64,000 nucleotides of DNA from an uncultured Verrucomicrobiae bacterium (GCA_963719495.1 CAVRCI010000005.1:172002-236001); one strand, 5' to 3'. Shown: positions 1 through 10,879, numbered from the stretch's first letter. The notes: a model not told the origin generated them from the sequence alone. Numbers and translations: made by a program.

Positions 1-1
1 C

Positions 2-421
2 CCCGCCGATCTGCCGCCGTCGCTCCTCGCGATCGACTACGCCCCACTCGAACACGTCCTGCCCGGAGCGGCCGCCGTCGTCCACCAAGGCGGCGTCGGC
101 ACCTGCGCCGAGGCGCTGCGCTGGGGCGTCCCGTCGCTCGTCATCCCCTTCGGATTCGACCAACCCGACAACGCCAAACGCCTCCACCACCTCGGCGTCG
201 CCCACGTCCTCCCCCGCCGCAAACTCTCCGCCGCCCGCCTCGCCGCCCACCTCCGCACTCTCCTCGCCGACGACCGCGTCCAAGCCAAAGCGCGATCTTT
301 AAGCACCCAAATCGATCCCACCGCCGCGCTCGACGATTCCATCAAAGCGTTGGAAACTCTCGCCGCCGTCCCGACACCACCCACCGCGTCAACGCCACCC
401 GCCACTCCGTCCCTCCGGTAG
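2..421 (+). CDS. GT1-family (UDP-)glycosyltransferase, C-terminal part (5' truncated by window)
   Basis: Own translation of frame 2: DYAPLEHVLPGAAAVVHQGGVGTCAEALRWGVPSLVIPFGFDQPDNA, the GT-B/GT1 nucleotide-sugar signature; TAG at 419-421. Confidence 0.85.
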   Translation, partial: PADLPPSLLAIDYAPLEHVLPGAAAVVHQGGVGTCAEALRWGVPSLVIPFGFDQPDNAKRLHHLGVAHVLPRRKLSAARLAAHLRTLLADDRVQAKARSLSTQIDPTAALDDSIKALETLAAVPTPPTASTPPATPSLR

Positions 422-436
422 CCTCAGTAACGACCC

Positions 437-2227
437 ATGCCCGAAGAGACCACACCACCCGTCAGCCGACTCACCTCCCTCCGCCGCGCCGCCGCCGTCT
501 TCCGAACGATTCGCCCCTACCGCGTCCGTTTCGCCGGGGCCATCGTCGCGCTCGTCGTCGCCACCGGCTTCGGACTCACGTTCCCCTACCTCACCGGCCT
601 GCTCCTCGACGCCGCCAGCGGGAACAGCGACGCCACCAACTGGACCGGCAGCATCAATTCCATCGCCCTCGTCCTCCTCGGCACGCTGGCGATCCAGGCC
701 GCCTTCTCGTTCTTTGCAAGCTACTGGTTCTACAGTTGCGGCGAGACGGCCACCGTCGACCTCCGCCGCGAAATCTTCGCCCGCCTGATCGGCCTCCCGA
801 TGGACTTCTTCGGCCAACGCCGCGTCGGCGAACTCTCCAGCCGGATGACCTCCGACCTCACCCTCCTGCAGGACACGCTCACCATGACGGTCCCGCAATT
901 TCTTCGCCAATGCCTCCTCATGTCGGGCGGCCTCACGCTCGTCGCGGTCACTTCGATCAAACTCACCGGCTTGATGATCTGCACCTTCCCGGTCCTCATC
1001 CTCATCGCCATCCTCTTCGGCAAGCGCGTGCGCGTGCATTCCCGCGAGGCCCAGGACCGCATGGCCGACACAGTCACCACCATCGAGGAATCCCTCCAAG
1101 GCATCGCGAACGTCAAAGCCTTCGGCAACGAAGCCTTCGAACTCCGCCGCTACACCGATGGCCTCCAGGCCTTCCTCCGCGTCATCCTCCGCACCGCCCG
1201 CCTCCGCGCCGCGATGGTCTCGTTCATCATCTTCGGCATCTTTGGCTCCATCGTCGTCGTCTTCTGGTATGGCGCGCAGCTCATGCAAACCGGCCAGCTG
1301 ACCTTCGGCGAATTCACCCGCTTCATCCTCTACACCACCTTCGTCGGCGGCTCCGTCGCCTCGTTCGCCGACGTCTTCTCACACGTCCAAAAAACCCTCG
1401 GCGCCACCGAGCGAGTCCGCGAACTCCTCGACGAAACCCCCGAAATCCTCGCGACCGCCGACCCCACCCCCGCCCCCCGCGTCCGCGGCGACGTCCACTT
1501 CGACGCCGTCGATTTCCGCTACCCGTCCCGGCCCGAGATTCCCGTCCTCCGCGACCTCACCCTCCGCGCCGCCGCCGGCGAAAAGATCGCCCTCGTCGGC
1601 CCCAGCGGAGCCGGCAAATCCACCATCGTCTCGCTCCTCCTCCGCTTTCACGAACCCGACGCCGGCGCCATCCGCATCGACGACCGCCCCACCACCGACT
1701 TCACCCTCCCCGCCCTCCGCGACCAGATGGCCATCGTCCCCCAGGAAGTCCTCCTCTTCGGCGGCACCATCGAGGAGAACATCCGCTACGGCCGGCCAAC
1801 CGCGACCAACGAAGAAATCCTCGCCGCCTCCCGCCAGGCGGCCTGCCACGAATTCATCGAACGCTTCCCCGAAGGTTACGCCACCCTCGTCGGCGAACGC
1901 GGCGTCAAACTCTCCGGCGGCCAACGCCAGCGTATCGCCATCGCCCGCGCCCTGCTCAAGGATCCCGCCATCCTCATCCTCGACGAGGCCACCAGCGCCC
2001 TCGACTCCGAAAGCGAGCACCTCATCCAACGGGCTCTCAATGCCCTGCTCGAGAACCGCACCGCCATCATCATCGCCCACCGCCTCGCCACCGTCCGCAA
2101 GGTCGACCGCATCTACGTCATCGAAGACGGCACCGTCCTCGAATCCGGCAACCACGACGAGCTCATCGCCAAACCCGACGGCCACTACCGCCGCCTCGCG
2201 GAAATGCAGTTCGCCACCCAGGAATAA
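437..2227 (+). CDS. ABC exporter, fused TMD+NBD (MsbA/MdlB-like)
   Basis: Multi-TM N-half; Walker A GPSGAGKST, signature LSGGQRQR, Walker B ILILDEATSALD. Confidence 0.93.
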   Translation: MPEETTPPVSRLTSLRRAAAVFRTIRPYRVRFAGAIVALVVATGFGLTFPYLTGLLLDAASGNSDATNWTGSINSIALVLLGTLAIQAAFSFFASYWFYSCGETATVDLRREIFARLIGLPMDFFGQRRVGELSSRMTSDLTLLQDTLTMTVPQFLRQCLLMSGGLTLVAVTSIKLTGLMICTFPVLILIAILFGKRVRVHSREAQDRMADTVTTIEESLQGIANVKAFGNEAFELRRYTDGLQAFLRVILRTARLRAAMVSFIIFGIFGSIVVVFWYGAQLMQTGQLTFGEFTRFILYTTFVGGSVASFADVFSHVQKTLGATERVRELLDETPEILATADPTPAPRVRGDVHFDAVDFRYPSRPEIPVLRDLTLRAAAGEKIALVGPSGAGKSTIVSLLLRFHEPDAGAIRIDDRPTTDFTLPALRDQMAIVPQEVLLFGGTIEENIRYGRPTATNEEILAASRQAACHEFIERFPEGYATLVGERGVKLSGGQRQRIAIARALLKDPAILILDEATSALDSESEHLIQRALNALLENRTAIIIAHRLATVRKVDRIYVIEDGTVLESGNHDELIAKPDGHYRRLAEMQFATQE

Positions 2228-2252
2228 TCACCCGCCGCGTGCTTCGATCCGT

Positions 2253-2618
2253 TCAAGTCGGATCGAACCAATCGAAGATCCCCGAAAGATCGAGATCCGG
2301 CCATTCCAGCCACGACAGGTCGATGTCCGGCCACTCGAACCCCGCCCCGTCCGCGAGATCGGCCAGCATCGCCGCCCGCATCGTGGCGTAATCGCACACC
2401 TCGCCCGCCGCCTCGTGCAACGCCTTGAAATCCTCCGGCGTCGAATAAAAGCAATACGCCCAACAGTGGATGTCCACCGGATAGCCGCGCCTCGTCGCCG
2501 CCCGGCCAACCTCGCCGGGCTTGTAATACTTCCGCTTCCCGTGCCGGGCGACCAACTCCTCGCCGACATCGCTAACGAATCTGCGTTTATCCGATGGCTC
2601 CAAATGACAGGCCGACAC
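2253..2618 (-). CDS. Hypothetical protein, 121 aa
   Basis: ORF with protein-like composition filling the gap; acidic W/D-rich tail. Confidence 0.65.
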   Translation of the reverse strand: MSACHLEPSDKRRFVSDVGEELVARHGKRKYYKPGEVGRAATRRGYPVDIHCWAYCFYSTPEDFKALHEAAGEVCDYATMRAAMLADLADGAGFEWPDIDLSWLEWPDLDLSGIFDWFDPT

Positions 2619-2798
2619 GGCGCGAGAATGGCCCCGCTACGACCGCAGAGCAATTCCGCATCACCCCGTAAGCCACCAAGTCACCAGCACCCACGCCAAC
2701 CTTCCCTTTGCACGATTCGCGAGGAGTTGTATGATTCGTAAAAGCACGAAATCTCAAAGCGCGGCCTCCCCCCGGCCCGCGGACCCCTCGTCCCCGCA

Positions 2799-3671
2799 AT
2801 GAAAATCCGTCCCTACATCCACTCCATCGGCATCTGTTTCTCTGCCGCCCTGTCCATCTTCGGCGGTCACGCCGTGCAAGCCACCGGCGGCAATCTCAAA
2901 GACGCTTCCAAGAAAAAAAACCGCGCCAGCCAAAGCGAACGCGAAAAGGCCGAGGACGGGATCACCAGCACCCCCGGCCAATATTTCAATCCAGCCAAGC
3001 GCGGCGGCGAACGGTACCCTTGGAAAACCGGCATCGTCACCACCACGTTTTGGGTCGGCGAAAAACCTTCGCAGAACAACCCCGTCCCCAATCACCAGAG
3101 TTCGTGGGACCGCGACTGGGCGAAGAACTACGGCGGCACCGACACGCCGGACAAGGAACGCCGGAATTCCGAGTTCATCCCCGCCTCGTTCAAGCCGCGT
3201 CAAAACCCCTTCTACATCGCACTCCCCTACAACGACAAAACCATCCATGGCCACAAAAAGGAGGCCGCGAGCGTCATCCCGTGGTTCAAAGACAACTACG
3301 CCGGACCGCACGAATCCGTCTGCAAGGGACGTTGGATCGCCATCCGCTTTCAGGGAAAAATCGCCTACGCCCAGTGGGAGGACGTGGGCCCCTTCCGGAC
3401 GGATCATTGGGAATACGTCTTCGGCAACGAACGACCGAAGCCAAATCTGAACAAAGGAGCCGGCCTCGACGTCTCACCCGCCGTCCGTGACTACCTTGGA
3501 ATGAGCGGCACCGACGTCACCGACTGGAAATTCGTCGAATTCGAAGAGGTCCCGCCCGGCCCGTGGGCGCGCTACGGCGACAACAACACCTTCGTCCAGC
3601 ATCGCCGCATCATCGACGCCGCGACCATCACGGCGGACGACGTCGCCGAGGGTGAGACCACGCTGAACTGA
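2799..3671 (+). CDS. Secreted hypothetical protein, probable double-psi beta-barrel (RlpA/expansin-like) domain
   Basis: N-terminal signal-like segment; motifs YIALPYND, AQWEDVGP, GLDVSPAV. Confidence 0.65.
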   Translation: MKIRPYIHSIGICFSAALSIFGGHAVQATGGNLKDASKKKNRASQSEREKAEDGITSTPGQYFNPAKRGGERYPWKTGIVTTTFWVGEKPSQNNPVPNHQSSWDRDWAKNYGGTDTPDKERRNSEFIPASFKPRQNPFYIALPYNDKTIHGHKKEAASVIPWFKDNYAGPHESVCKGRWIAIRFQGKIAYAQWEDVGPFRTDHWEYVFGNERPKPNLNKGAGLDVSPAVRDYLGMSGTDVTDWKFVEFEEVPPGPWARYGDNNTFVQHRRIIDAATITADDVAEGETTLN

Positions 3672-3683
3672 GTTCAGAAAAAA

Positions 3684-3765
3684 TACCGGCGGAGGGGATC
3701 GAACCCACACTCCGTAAGGAACACGATTTTGAGTCGCGCGCGTCTGCCAATTCCGCCACGCCGGC
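3684..3765 (-). tRNA. tRNA-Leu(CAA), CCA not encoded
   Basis: Reverse complement GCCGGCGTGGCGGAATTGGCAGACGCGCGCGACTCAAAATCG...GGTTCGATCCCCTCCGCCGGTA; long variable arm. Confidence 0.95.
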
Positions 3766-3840
3766 CGTGAACAGGAAAAGATGCGCAACGGTCAGTCGAA
3801 AGACAACCGCAATCTAGCGGCGAAAGCCGCTCCATCGTAG

Positions 3841-3886
3841 CAACCTGTCATCCTGAGCGCAGCGAAGGATCTCTGGCATACACTCC
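3841..3886 (+). repeat. TGTCAT-hairpin repeat, copy 1 (solo)
   Basis: CAACCTGTCATCCTGAGCGCAGCGAAGGATCTCTGGCATACACTCC. Confidence 0.9.
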
Positions 3887-3891
3887 ACCCG

Positions 3892-3928
3892 CCACCATTC
3901 ACCATTCACCACTCACCACTCACCATTC
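3892..3928 (+). repeat. Heptamer tandem repeat (CACCATT/CACCACT)
   Basis: About 5 units read directly. Confidence 0.8.
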
Positions 3929-3971
3929 CCTTCCCCTCCCCCGGCGACAATGACACACTCGCCCACGATCC

Positions 3972-4892
3972 ATGGTCGCCTTCGTCATTCGCCGCCTCGC
4001 CGCCCTGGTCGTCGTCCTCTTCCTCGTCGTCTCCGCGACGTTTTTCCTCATCCGGCTCTCCCCCGGTGGTCCGTTCGACTCCGAGCGTAAGATCCCCGAA
4101 GCCATCGAGAAGCAGCTCCTCGCCAAATACAAACTCGACGGCACCCTCTGGCAGCAATACAGCGGCTACCTCGGCGATCTCGTTCGCGGCGACCTCCGGC
4201 TCTCGACCAAATACCGCAGCCGCTCCGTCAACGAGATTCTCGCCCAGACCCTTCCCGTCACGTTCGTCCTCGGCTCCGCGGCCTTCCTGATCGCGTCCAT
4301 CGGCGGCGTCTGGCTCGGAGCGTTCGCCGCCGTCCGCCACCACACCTGGGGCGACGCCGGCTCCATGCTCTTTGCCCTCCTCGCGATCTCGCTCCCCGCC
4401 TTCGTCACCGGCCCGCTCGCCATCCTCGTCTTCGCCCTCGGCCTCGGCTGGTTCCCCGTCGGCGGTTGGGGCGGCCTTTCCCACCTCGTCCTTCCCGCCA
4501 CCATCCTCGCCGCCCCCTACGTCGCCTACATCGCCCGCCTCATGCGCAGCAGTATGCTCGACACCCTGCACCAGGACTTCGTCCGCACCGCTTACGCCAA
4601 AGGCCTCGGAGCCCGCACCGTCCTCTACAAACACGCCCTCCGCGTCGCCATCCTCCCCGTCATCTCCTTTCTCGGCCCCCTCGCCGCCCACCTTCTCACC
4701 GGCTCCATCGTCGTCGAAACCATCTTCAACATCCCCGGAGCCGGCGGATTTTTCGTGAATTCGATCCAAAACCGAGACGGCTTCCTGCTCGGCGGCGTCG
4801 TCATCGTCTACTGCGTCCTGCTGGTCGTCTTCAACCTCATCGTCGACATTGCCTACACCCTGCTCGACCGGAGGATCGCACTCGATGGCTGA
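3972..4892 (+). CDS. oppB: Peptide ABC transporter permease OppB/DppB
   Basis: PGGPF N-terminal motif; EAA loop DFVRTAYAKGL; IVVETIFNIPG. Confidence 0.9.
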   Translation: MVAFVIRRLAALVVVLFLVVSATFFLIRLSPGGPFDSERKIPEAIEKQLLAKYKLDGTLWQQYSGYLGDLVRGDLRLSTKYRSRSVNEILAQTLPVTFVLGSAAFLIASIGGVWLGAFAAVRHHTWGDAGSMLFALLAISLPAFVTGPLAILVFALGLGWFPVGGWGGLSHLVLPATILAAPYVAYIARLMRSSMLDTLHQDFVRTAYAKGLGARTVLYKHALRVAILPVISFLGPLAAHLLTGSIVVETIFNIPGAGGFFVNSIQNRDGFLLGGVVIVYCVLLVVFNLIVDIAYTLLDRRIALDG

Positions 4893-5778
4893 TCCCCGCG
4901 CCTGGCGTCGCCTCCGCTCCAATCCCGTCGCCATCGCGTCCGCCGCGATCCTGACCTTCGTGGTCCTGGCGGCCATCTTCGGCCCGCTCTTCGTCCCGGA
5001 GTCCTACCGCGACCCCAGCACGCTCCAATACGCCGCGCCGTCCTGGGCGCACCCGTTCGGCACCGATCTCAACGGCCGCGACGTTCTCTACCGCGTCCTC
5101 ACCGGCACGCGCCTCTCCCTCATCGTCGGCCTCTGCGGAGCCGTCGTCAGTCTCTTCATCGGCACCGCCTACGGCCTGATCGCCGGCTACGTCGGCGGTC
5201 GCGTCGACGCCGCGATGATGCGATTCGTCGACGTCCTGTATTCCATCCCCCGCCTCATCTTCATCCTCATCGCGATCAACGCCTTCAACGGTTACCTCGA
5301 ACAATTCGCCGCCGAGCGCGGCTGGGATTGGTTCGTCGGCTACTCCCGCATTTTCATTCTCATCGTCTCCCTTGGCGTCATCGAATGGCTCACCATGGCC
5401 CGCATCGTCCGAGGCCAGGTCCTCGCATTGAAGACCCGCCAATACGTCCTCGCCGCTCGCTCCCTCGGCCAATCCCACTTCGCAATCCTCATCCGCCACC
5501 TCCTCCCGAACCTCCTGGGAATCATCATCATCTACCTCACCCTCACGATCCCCTCAGTCATCATCGACGAATCCTTCCTCTCCTTCCTGGGTCTGGGAAT
5601 CCAACCCCCCATGGCCAGCCTGGGCTCGCTCCTCGCCGATGGAGCCGGAGCGATCAATCCAGTGAGAAGCTTCTGGTGGATGATCGTCTTCCCCGCCGCC
5701 GCCATGGCCGCCACCCTCCTGGCGCTCAACTTCCTGGGCGACGCCCTGAGAGATGCCCTAGATCCAAGGGGCAAATAA
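4885..5778 (+). CDS. oppC: Peptide ABC transporter permease OppC/DppC
   Basis: HPFGTDLNGRD; YVLAARSLG; LSFLGLG; NFLGDALRDALDP; ATG at 4885 overlaps oppB end. Confidence 0.9.
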   Translation: MADPRAWRRLRSNPVAIASAAILTFVVLAAIFGPLFVPESYRDPSTLQYAAPSWAHPFGTDLNGRDVLYRVLTGTRLSLIVGLCGAVVSLFIGTAYGLIAGYVGGRVDAAMMRFVDVLYSIPRLIFILIAINAFNGYLEQFAAERGWDWFVGYSRIFILIVSLGVIEWLTMARIVRGQVLALKTRQYVLAARSLGQSHFAILIRHLLPNLLGIIIIYLTLTIPSVIIDESFLSFLGLGIQPPMASLGSLLADGAGAINPVRSFWWMIVFPAAAMAATLLALNFLGDALRDALDPRGK

Positions 5779-5806
5779 AAGGGGACGAAGTCCCCGCCCC
5801 ATCCCC

Positions 5807-5856
5807 CAACCTGTCATTCTGAGCGAAGCGAAGAATCTCTGGCATACACTCCTCAC
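5807..5856 (+). repeat. TGTCAT-hairpin repeat, copy 2 (left flank of GIY-YIG gene)
   Basis: CAACCTGTCATTCTGAGCGAAGCGAAGAATCTCTGGCATACACTCCTCAC. Confidence 0.9.
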
Positions 5857-5859
5857 TCC

Positions 5860-6210
5860 ATGCGCGACCACGACTACTGGGTCTACATCCTCACCAACAA
5901 AAGCCAATCGACCCTCTACACCGGCGTAACCAGCCAACTCGGCGTCCGCCTAGCCCAGCACAAAACCGGCGAAAAGCCCGGCTTCACCACCCGCTACCAC
6001 CTAGACCGCCTCGTCTGGTTCGAGCACTTCCGAGACATCCGCGACGCCATCACCTGCGAAAAGCGCCTTAAAGGCTGGCGACGGGAACGAAAGATCGAGG
6101 TGATCGAGCGAACGAACCCAAAGTGGCACGACCTGAGCCGGGACCTCTACGAAGAGCCGCCTGTCCCACCTGCGGAGAACGACGCCGAATATCTGTGGAC
6201 GAGAGTGTAA
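5860..6210 (+). CDS. Stand-alone GIY-YIG nuclease family protein, 116 aa
   Basis: WVYIL...LYTGVT..L..RL.QH...FT.RY....LVWFE...A...EKRLKGW.R..K...I...NP.W.DL; catalytic-type R and E present. Confidence 0.92.
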   Translation: MRDHDYWVYILTNKSQSTLYTGVTSQLGVRLAQHKTGEKPGFTTRYHLDRLVWFEHFRDIRDAITCEKRLKGWRRERKIEVIERTNPKWHDLSRDLYEEPPVPPAENDAEYLWTRV

Positions 6211-6242
6211 GCCAGAGATCTTTCGCTTCGCTCAAGATGACA
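6201..6242 (-). repeat. TGTCAT-hairpin repeat, copy 3 (inverted right flank; contains the gene's TAA stop)
   Basis: Reverse complement TGTCATCTTGAGCGAAGCGAAAGATCTCTGGCTTACACTCTC. Confidence 0.9.
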
Positions 6243-6283
6243 TAATTAAGAGGGGATCCCGGAGGTCGCGAAAGCGTGTCGTC

Positions 6284-6336
6284 CAACCTGTCATGCTGAG
6301 CGAAGCGAAGCATCTCTGGCTGACACTCCTCACCGC
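6284..6336 (+). repeat. TGTCAT-hairpin repeat, copy 4
   Basis: CAACCTGTCATGCTGAGCGAAGCGAAGCATCTCTGGCTGACACTCCTCACCGC. Confidence 0.9.
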
Positions 6337-6383
6337 CCGGCACCACCCCAACCGCCGCCACGCCTGACACCACCCCCTGCCCC

Positions 6384-7439
6384 CTACCCCCGCATCCCCG
6401 GCAAAATCGCCGGCAAAATCTCATCCAACTCATCCACCACCACAAAATCCCCCGGCTTGCTCATCGTCCGAATCATCGCAATCACCGAATCCCAAAACGC
6501 CACCCCCTCCGCGTTCTTTCGGTTGAAAACCACCACCGGCTTCCCCTCCATCAGCGCGTTCCCCTGATGCTTGAAGATCATCAAAGCCAGCAGCTCCTGC
6601 ACCGTCCCCGCCCCGCCCGGGAAGATCACGAACGCGTCCGAATTTTCGATCATCACCTCCATCCGGGTGTAAATGTCCGGCCGCAGCCAGAAGCACGACA
6701 GCCCGTCCGGAAGCCCTTCCAGCCGAATGATGTGCGGCACGTTCGAACCCGCCGTCCAGCCCCCCGCCTTCACCGCCCCCCGCACCACCGCGCCCATGAT
6801 CCCCGACCGCCCTGCCCCGGAAACGCAACCAATCTTGTTCTCAGCTAAAATCCGACCCAATGCCTCACCGTCGGCCAAATAATTCGGCTCATCCAAGGAA
6901 GCCGAACAGAACACGCAGGCGCTCCCGATGTAGTCCGCGGGAATTGGCGTCTCCATGATCGTCACCTCGGCGTCCTCGAATTTGTGCCGCCCCGCCTCCG
7001 GATGCCCGGTCATCCGAATGAGATCCAGCTGCTCGAGCACCGCTTCCGCCGAGTCGACCATGTGCAGATACAGGTCATACTCCTGCTGCACGGTCCCCAT
7101 CGCTTTCAGATGCGCCAGCACGTCAAAGAGCGAATCCCACGACCCGTCTTCGTTGAGAATCACCGTCGGCTTGCCAGCCAAATTCTGATCCAGCGTTTGA
7201 AACCCCACGAAGATCGAGATCGCCTTGAACATGTCCTCGAGCGTCGCCCCCGGAGTGAACACGAACGCGTCCGACTCGATGATCTTCTTCTCGATGTTCG
7301 CCAGCGATATCCGCTGATCCCCATTCGAATTGTAAATGTCCCACCCCTTCGCAAACAGGAGGTAAAGCAGGCGGGCGCGGGAAGCCCGGTTTGGGTCATC
7401 CGCACCCGTCACCGTCCCGGAGAGTCTAATTTTTGGCAT
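6384..7439 (-). CDS. LOG-family (nucleotide phosphoribohydrolase-like) protein with extra degenerate N-terminal LOG-like domain
   Basis: CVFCSAS...SGAGRSGIMGAV...R...SDAFVIFPGGAGTVQEL; N-half repeats SDAFVFTPG. Confidence 0.8.
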   Translation of the reverse strand: MPKIRLSGTVTGADDPNRASRARLLYLLFAKGWDIYNSNGDQRISLANIEKKIIESDAFVFTPGATLEDMFKAISIFVGFQTLDQNLAGKPTVILNEDGSWDSLFDVLAHLKAMGTVQQEYDLYLHMVDSAEAVLEQLDLIRMTGHPEAGRHKFEDAEVTIMETPIPADYIGSACVFCSASLDEPNYLADGEALGRILAENKIGCVSGAGRSGIMGAVVRGAVKAGGWTAGSNVPHIIRLEGLPDGLSCFWLRPDIYTRMEVMIENSDAFVIFPGGAGTVQELLALMIFKHQGNALMEGKPVVVFNRKNAEGVAFWDSVIAMIRTMSKPGDFVVVDELDEILPAILPGMRG

Positions 7440-7636
7440 ACGTCTTATGAAGTCAGCGTCACGGTGGAGCAGCTATCACGCCGAAATCAGCGCACCGGGG
7501 AAAACAGGGTTGCGTTCGGCGGTCTCCGCTTCGCTCCGGCTCCAGCCTGTCCCGCCGGGCATCCTTGCCCGGCGGCCGCACGCCACGAATCGACCGTTTT
7601 CACAAAACCCACCGCCGCCAACTCGATCCGCGCCCA

Positions 7637-9598
<1,962 letters not shown>

Positions 9599-9710
9599 TT
9601 AAGAATTAAGCCATTCCCACGCCACGGCACGCCACCGAAGGGTCCGGAAAAAGCCCGGGGAGCCCATCCCCACTTAAAACTTAATTCTTAAGTCTTAAAA
9701 CTTCACCCGT

Positions 9711-9800
9711 CCTCCCTTCGCCGGCATGACCCGGATCAGGTTCAAAGGGTCGTCGGAAATCAGGTCCCAACCTCTCAGCCACATGCGGCTCCCCCGTTTC
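9711..9800 (-). ncRNA. TPP riboswitch aptamer upstream of thiC
   Basis: Reverse complement GGGGGAGCC...GGCTGAGAGG...GACCCTTTGAACCTGATCCGGGTCATGCCGGCGAAGGGA. Confidence 0.96.
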
Positions 9801-9805
9801 CGTTG

Positions 9806-9833
9806 AAAATAGGCGTGACGCCCCCCGCGTCAA
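9806..9833 (-). promoter_or_regulatory. Putative sigma70 promoter for TPP-thiC
   Basis: TTGACG-N16-TATTTT directly 5' of the aptamer. Confidence 0.5.
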
Positions 9834-9888
9834 TCGTCGACTTTTTGCAACCTCACCCCAATCCGAAATCCGAAATCCGAAATCCGCA

Positions 9889-10851
9889 ATTCTAGTCGTT
9901 TGCCACAAGCAGCTCGGCGACATGGTTCTGCTCGAACCCGCCCTCGCCCGGCTCGCCAGCGCGTCCGGTCGTCCCGTCGAACTCCTCACCCGCAGCGGCC
10001 ACGCTCCGCTGATCTCGCTCATGGAGGGCGTCCGCACGACCTCCCGCGCCTGGCTCCGCCGCTTCGACGCGGTCTACTGCTACGACCACCTCGACAAATC
10101 CGCCCTTCACGCGATCTCTGCCTTCGCCCCAAAAAAGAATCTCCTCCTCCGCTCGCCCGCCGAAATCACCAAGCTCCACCGCATCGCCTTCGACGAAATC
10201 CGCGCCCCCGGCATTGGCGATAAATTCCTCTCCGACTACAACTGGACCTACACCCCCGCCGACACCCCAGCCCCCTATCGCCTCCCCCGTCTCAACCTTC
10301 CACCCGACGCTTGGGCCCCGCCCGACGCCCCCCACGGCGACTACCTCGTCCTCAACTCCACCGCCGGCTGGAAGAGCAAACGCTGGAAGTCCTCCGCCTG
10401 GGCCGAAGTCCTCCAGCACCTCCTCGACCAGGGCGTTCCCCGCATCCTCGTCACCAGCGGCGGCCAGGATTGGCAAATCGAGCACGCCCGCCGCATCACC
10501 GAGACCGTCGCCGACCCCCGCGTCACCGGACTCGGCGGCCAAACGAAGCTCGGGGAATTCCTCCACCTCGTTTCGCGCGCCAAAATGATCCTCGGCGTCG
10601 ACGGAGCCGCCTCCCACCTGGCCAACGCCTTCGGCGGCCGCAGCCTCACCCTCTTCTTCCGCACCAACCCCCACAACTGGCACCACCCCACCCCCACCAG
10701 CCAAGCCATCCTCGCCGACCACGACGAAGAAACCGACAGTTACGAAATCAACCCGGAAGAAGTCACCAAAGCCGCCACCCAACTCTGGAAAGCCACCAAC
10801 CAAGCGCCGAAGGCATCCACCCCGGAGGGCGAGGCTCCCGCCGAGCCGTGA
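9889..10851 (+). CDS. GT9 (ADP-heptose:LPS heptosyltransferase-like) glycosyltransferase; start problematic
   Basis: ILVVCHKQLGD lies upstream of first in-frame ATG (9922); SKRW; LGVDGAASHLANAFG. Confidence 0.8.
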   Translation: MLVVCHKQLGDMVLLEPALARLASASGRPVELLTRSGHAPLISLMEGVRTTSRAWLRRFDAVYCYDHLDKSALHAISAFAPKKNLLLRSPAEITKLHRIAFDEIRAPGIGDKFLSDYNWTYTPADTPAPYRLPRLNLPPDAWAPPDAPHGDYLVLNSTAGWKSKRWKSSAWAEVLQHLLDQGVPRILVTSGGQDWQIEHARRITETVADPRVTGLGGQTKLGEFLHLVSRAKMILGVDGAASHLANAFGGRSLTLFFRTNPHNWHHPTPTSQAILADHDEETDSYEINPEEVTKAATQLWKATNQAPKASTPEGEAPAEP

Positions 10852-10852
10852 C
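10824..10852 (+). repeat. GGAGGGCGAGGCTCCCGCCGAGCCGTGAC REP-like family (also 20657-20685, 48061-48086, interrupted copy 56027-56094)
   Basis: Four related copies, all on + strand; this copy supplies the GT9 stop codon. Confidence 0.85.
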
Positions 10853-10879
10853 TCCCCACCCCAGACTTCCGCAAAACCG

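Noticed and set aside
736..2391. Long R/P/H-rich alternative-frame and antisense ORFs (here and throughout)
   Set aside because: Shadow ORFs expected from high GC and strong skew; they overlap well-supported genes
2913..2920. A8 tract as a phase-variation site
   Set aside because: Short, in-frame, encodes a lysine run; no other support
5860..6210. GIY-YIG as UvrC fragment, intron homing endonuclease or classical IS
   Set aside because: No UvrC C-terminal domains, no interrupted host gene, no DDE or HUH transposase motif
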